Origin: Thermoplasmatota archaeon
Lineage (GTDB): Archaea > Thermoplasmatota > Thermoplasmata > UBA10834
DNA length: 64,000 nt
NCBI GenBank assembly: GCA_040751795.1
Contig: JBFMHR010000003.1
Coordinates: forward strand, 1-64,000
Direction of reading: 5' to 3'
Position numbers and translations under genes: made by a program. This document shows positions 60,676 through 64,000 of the stretch, one piece after another (position 1 is the first letter of the stretch; each line of letters begins with the position of its first letter). The notes under the pieces are model-generated. The model made no database searches, was not told the DNA's origin, and worked only from the letters and a program-made list of their open reading frames with translations.

Positions 60676-61314
60676 GTGGTAGACCAGCACCTCATAGACG
60701 TCATGAAGAAGCTCCAGGCCGAGTCCAAGAAGCGGAATTTTGTGGAGTCGGTCGAGCTGGCCATCAACCTCAAGGACATCGACCTCAGCAACCCCAAGAA
60801 CAGGATACAGGAGGAGATCATGCTCCCCAAGGGCAGGGGGCGTGAGGTCAGGGTCGGGGTTTTCGGCAGCTCCGAGATGGCCATGAAGGCCAAGGGCGTC
60901 GCGGACGTCGTCATCCAGCCCGAGGAGATCGAGGAGATCGCCAAGGACAAGGCGAAGGCCAAGAAGTTCGCGAGGGCGAACGACTTCTTCGTCGCCGAGG
61001 CGCCCCTGATGCCCACGATAGGCAAGAGGCTCGGCATAATCCTCGCCCCGAGGGGCAAGATGCCGAAGCCGATACCCCCGGGCTCGGACCCGAAGACGGC
61101 CATAGACAAGCTCAAGGTCAGCGTGAGCGTCAGGACGAGGGACAAGAAGACCTTCCACCTCGCCATCGGGACGAACGCCATGACCCCGGAGGACCTCGCC
61201 GAGAACCTCGACGCCGTCCTCAAGAGGCTCACCTCCAAGCTGGAGAGGGGCAAGATGAACATCCGCTCGGCCTATGTCAAGACCACCATGGGCCCCTCGT
61301 TCAAGGTGATCTGA
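60676..61314 (+). CDS. rpl1: 50S ribosomal protein L1
   Basis: RNFVESVELAINLK, LAPRGKMP, KTTMGP. Confidence 0.97.
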   Translation: MVDQHLIDVMKKLQAESKKRNFVESVELAINLKDIDLSNPKNRIQEEIMLPKGRGREVRVGVFGSSEMAMKAKGVADVVIQPEEIEEIAKDKAKAKKFARANDFFVAEAPLMPTIGKRLGIILAPRGKMPKPIPPGSDPKTAIDKLKVSVSVRTRDKKTFHLAIGTNAMTPEDLAENLDAVLKRLTSKLERGKMNIRSAYVKTTMGPSFKVI

Positions 61315-61315
61315 G

Positions 61316-62323
61316 ATGACGGCGCACGTCGCACCCTGGAAGAAGGAGGCGGTCGCGGGCCTCGTCACGCTGATGAGCAAGGGGGACGTGATCGGCGTGA
61401 TCGACGTCAGCGGCGTCCCCGCGCAGGCCTTCCAGACCATCAGGGCGAACCTGAGGGACAAGGCCGACATCGTCATGCTCAAGAACTCGCTCATAAGGAT
61501 CGCGATCAAGGAGGCCGCCAAGGAGAAGAAGGGGCTCGAGCAGCTGGTGGACGCGGTCGACGGGCAGTGCGCCATCGTCACCACCTCCCTTAACCCCTTC
61601 AGGCTCTACAAGCAGCTCGACGCCACGAAGACCAAGATGCCCGCCAAGGGTGGCGAGGTCAGCCCCGAGGACATCGAGGTCAAGGCCGGCGAGACGGCGT
61701 TCAAGCCCGGCCCGGTCGTCGGCGAGCTGCAGAAGGCGGGCCTGCCCGCGGCGATAGAGCAGGGCAAGGTCGTCATCAAGAAGGACAAGGTCCTGGTCAA
61801 GAAGGGCGACAAGATCCCGAGGGACGTCGCCCTGGTGCTCGCGAAGCTCGAGGTCTTCCCCATCACCGTGGGGCTGGACCTGCACGCGGCCTACGACGAC
61901 GGCATGGTGTTCAGGAAGGACGTGCTGGCGGTCGACGACAAGGAGTACCTGGACAGGGTCGCGAGGGCCGCCTCCGGCGCCCTCAACCTGTGCGTGTTCG
62001 TGTCGTACCCGACCTCGGCCTCCATAAGGCCGATGCTCGCCAACGCCCACATGAAGGCCCTCAACCTGGCTGTGAACGCGAAGATCGCCAACGAGGAGAC
62101 CATCAAGCTCATGCTCGCGAAGGCGAACGCGCAGATGCTCTCCCTGGCGTCCAAGGTCCCGTCGGGCCTGGACGACGAGCTGAAGGGCGCGCTCAGCGCG
62201 GCCCCGAAGGCCCCCGAGAAGAAGGGCGGCGAGGGCAGGAAGGAAGACAAGAAAGAGGAGAAGAAGGAAGAGAAGGTCTCCGAGGAGGAGGCTGCGGCCG
62301 GCCTCGGTGCCTTGTTCGGATAA
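61316..62323 (+). CDS. rpl10: 50S ribosomal protein L10 (P0)
   Basis: APWKK, NPFRL, acidic tail [13 protein letters not shown]. Confidence 0.96.
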   Translation: MTAHVAPWKKEAVAGLVTLMSKGDVIGVIDVSGVPAQAFQTIRANLRDKADIVMLKNSLIRIAIKEAAKEKKGLEQLVDAVDGQCAIVTTSLNPFRLYKQLDATKTKMPAKGGEVSPEDIEVKAGETAFKPGPVVGELQKAGLPAAIEQGKVVIKKDKVLVKKGDKIPRDVALVLAKLEVFPITVGLDLHAAYDDGMVFRKDVLAVDDKEYLDRVARAASGALNLCVFVSYPTSASIRPMLANAHMKALNLAVNAKIANEETIKLMLAKANAQMLSLASKVPSGLDDELKGALSAAPKAPEKKGGEGRKEDKKEEKKEEKVSEEEAAAGLGALFG

Positions 62324-62345
62324 CCGATGTAAAGGAGGCAGAAGA

Positions 62346-62654
62346 ATGGAATATGTGTACAGCGCGATGGTCCTGCACGCGGCGAAGAAGCCGGTGACGG
62401 AAGAGGGCATAACGAAGGTGTTGAAGGCGGCCGGCGTCGAGGCGGACGCGGCCAGGGTGAAGGCCCTCACGGCGGCCCTGGAGGGAGTCAACATAGACGA
62501 GGCGATCGCGACCGCGGTCGCAGCGCCCGTGGCGGCGGCCCCTGCGGCGGCTGGACCCGCTGAGAAGAAGGACGAGAAGAAGGAAGAGAAGAAAGAGGAG
62601 AAGGGCGTCTCCGAGGCAGAGGCTGCGGCCGGTCTCAGTGCGCTCTTCGGCTGA
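62346..62654 (+). CDS. rpl12: 50S ribosomal stalk protein L12 (aP1)
   Basis: [11 protein letters not shown], Ala-rich hinge, [10 protein letters not shown]. Confidence 0.96.
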   Translation: MEYVYSAMVLHAAKKPVTEEGITKVLKAAGVEADAARVKALTAALEGVNIDEAIATAVAAPVAAAPAAAGPAEKKDEKKEEKKEEKGVSEAEAAAGLSALFG

Positions 62655-62747
62655 GACCTTTTCCTTAGTCTCAAACCTCTTCCCGGGACTCCGTCCCCGG
62701 AGGCCGGGACCTACGGGTCCCGCCCGGCCGGGAGCGCACGGTGAGCA

Positions 62748-63095
62748 TCAGCCCTGTCCGAGCATCCTGCCCACTTCTTTCTCGAGCATGTTGGCCAGCT
62801 CGTGCCCAATCTCCTTCCGGAGGTCCTCCGGCACGAGGGCTATCCCCAGCTTCGCCCCGCACTTGCCGATCTTGAGCAGGGCGTACGCCTCCCTGACCTT
62901 CGCCTCCATGAGCGACTCGACCGCGGCCCTGAGCTCCGCGCGGAGCTCCGGGTCCGCCTCCAGCTTCTCCCGTATATGCCTCTTGACCTCGTCCCTGACG
63001 AGGTCCTGGACCGCCTCGACCATGAGCGTCTCCGACTGCATCATCGACTTCGTGGTCTTGAGGACCGCGCTGACGACATCCTCCTCTGCTCCCGT
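62748..63095 (-). CDS. Hypothetical helical protein, possible ACG start (first ATG at 63044)
   Basis: Host-like codons run upstream to ACG-GGA-GCA after a GGGTGA SD; divergent from cdc6. Confidence 0.65.
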   Translation of the reverse strand, partial: TGAEEDVVSAVLKTTKSMMQSETLMVEAVQDLVRDEVKRHIREKLEADPELRAELRAAVESLMEAKVREAYALLKIGKCGAKLGIALVPEDLRKEIGHELANMLEKEVGRMLGQG

Positions 63096-63216
63096 GTTCT
63101 CACCCGACCTTCGACGGGGTTGTCAAGATAAAACCGTTTGCCCTGACCCGGCCCCAGCCCCCTCCCCTTAAAATAGAACGAAGTCGATTGCGAGCCACCT
63201 TCTGAGGACGAGCGAC

Positions 63217-64000
63217 ATGTGGGACACCGTCGGCAAGAGCGTTTTCAAGGACCAGCGCACCCTGTCCTTCGACTACGTCCCCCCCAAGCTGGTGCACAGG
63301 GACGCCCAGATGAAGCGCCTGATAATGCTCTTCAGGCCCGTCGTCGAGGAGGACGGGGCGCAGAACGCCGTCCTGACGGGCAGCGTCGGCACCGGCAAGA
63401 CCGCGACGGCCAAGCGCTTCTGCATAGACCTCAAGGACCACGCCGAGAAGAGGCAGAAGGCGGTCGACTGGACCATAGTCAACTGCAGGCAGAGGAACAG
63501 CGAGTCCGCCGTCGTGCTGCAGATCGTGAACCACTTCCAGCCCAACTTCCCCGACAGGGGCTTCTCCATCACCGAGATGCTGAGGATCCTCAGGAAGGAC
63601 CTCGAGAAGCGCAGGCTGCACATGGTGGTCGTCCTGGACGAGGCCGACGTGCTCCTCAAGAAGGCCGGCCCGGACATCATCTACAAGCTCACCAGGTTCG
63701 GCGAGGAGAAGCTCGACTCGCGCCCGCTGGTGTCCCTGATACTCGTCTCGCAGAAGAACATATTCGACATGCTCGACGCGGCCTCGACGAGCACCTTCAA
63801 GCGGACCAACCTGATCGAGTTCGGCAAGTACACCACGGAGGAGCTCAGGGACATAGTGGCCCAGAGGGCCGCGCTCGCGCTGCACGAGGGGGCGGTCGAG
63901 GAGGGCGCCCTCGACATCATCGCCGAGGCTTCCTCGGAATGGGGCGACGCCCGCTTCGCGATCGAGATCCTCGAGAAGGCGGGCATGCTCGCGGACGAGG
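63217..64000 (+). CDS. cdc6: Orc1/Cdc6 replication initiator (3' end outside window)
   Basis: SFDYVPPKLVHRD, GSVGTGKT, VVLDEAD, GDARFAIEIL. Confidence 0.95.
   Translation, partial: MWDTVGKSVFKDQRTLSFDYVPPKLVHRDAQMKRLIMLFRPVVEEDGAQNAVLTGSVGTGKTATAKRFCIDLKDHAEKRQKAVDWTIVNCRQRNSESAVVLQIVNHFQPNFPDRGFSITEMLRILRKDLEKRRLHMVVVLDEADVLLKKAGPDIIYKLTRFGEEKLDSRPLVSLILVSQKNIFDMLDAASTSTFKRTNLIEFGKYTTEELRDIVAQRAALALHEGAVEEGALDIIAEASSEWGDARFAIEILEKAGMLADE

Noticed and set aside
62210-62654. Similar 3' ends of rpl10 and rpl12
   Set aside because: Known shared C-terminal stalk motif, not a mobile repeat.

Overview
High-GC archaeal chromosome segment, most likely Thermoplasmatota near Methanomassiliicoccales or a related uncultured Thermoplasmata lineage. 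This placement is an inference from unsplit rpoB, thyX, gatDE, a giant AglB and an N-terminally extended Spt5. Most of the window is core housekeeping: the RNA polymerase operon, ribosomal genes, TBP, EF-1beta, priL, purD, pyrF, three ftsZ genes, secE and the 5' part of cdc6. A visibly lower-GC accessory patch lies at about 44.56-48.58 kb. Main non-obvious observations: (1) a tRNA-Lys(UUU) split by two non-canonical BHB/BHL introns in the D-loop and T-loop; (2) several genes whose SD-preceded start is CTG or ACG; (3) an IS6-derived element with both inverted repeats that carries a membrane-protein passenger gene in place of most of its transposase; (4) an L1-binding rRNA-mimic hairpin that sequesters the rpl1 SD, in an operon cut off from rpl11 by an antisense oxidoreductase gene; (5) a tandemly duplicated TATA box in the tbp promoter; (6) tandem ftsZ1 paralogues; (7) microproteins that are easy to miss. 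All family assignments come from motif recognition, not database searches.
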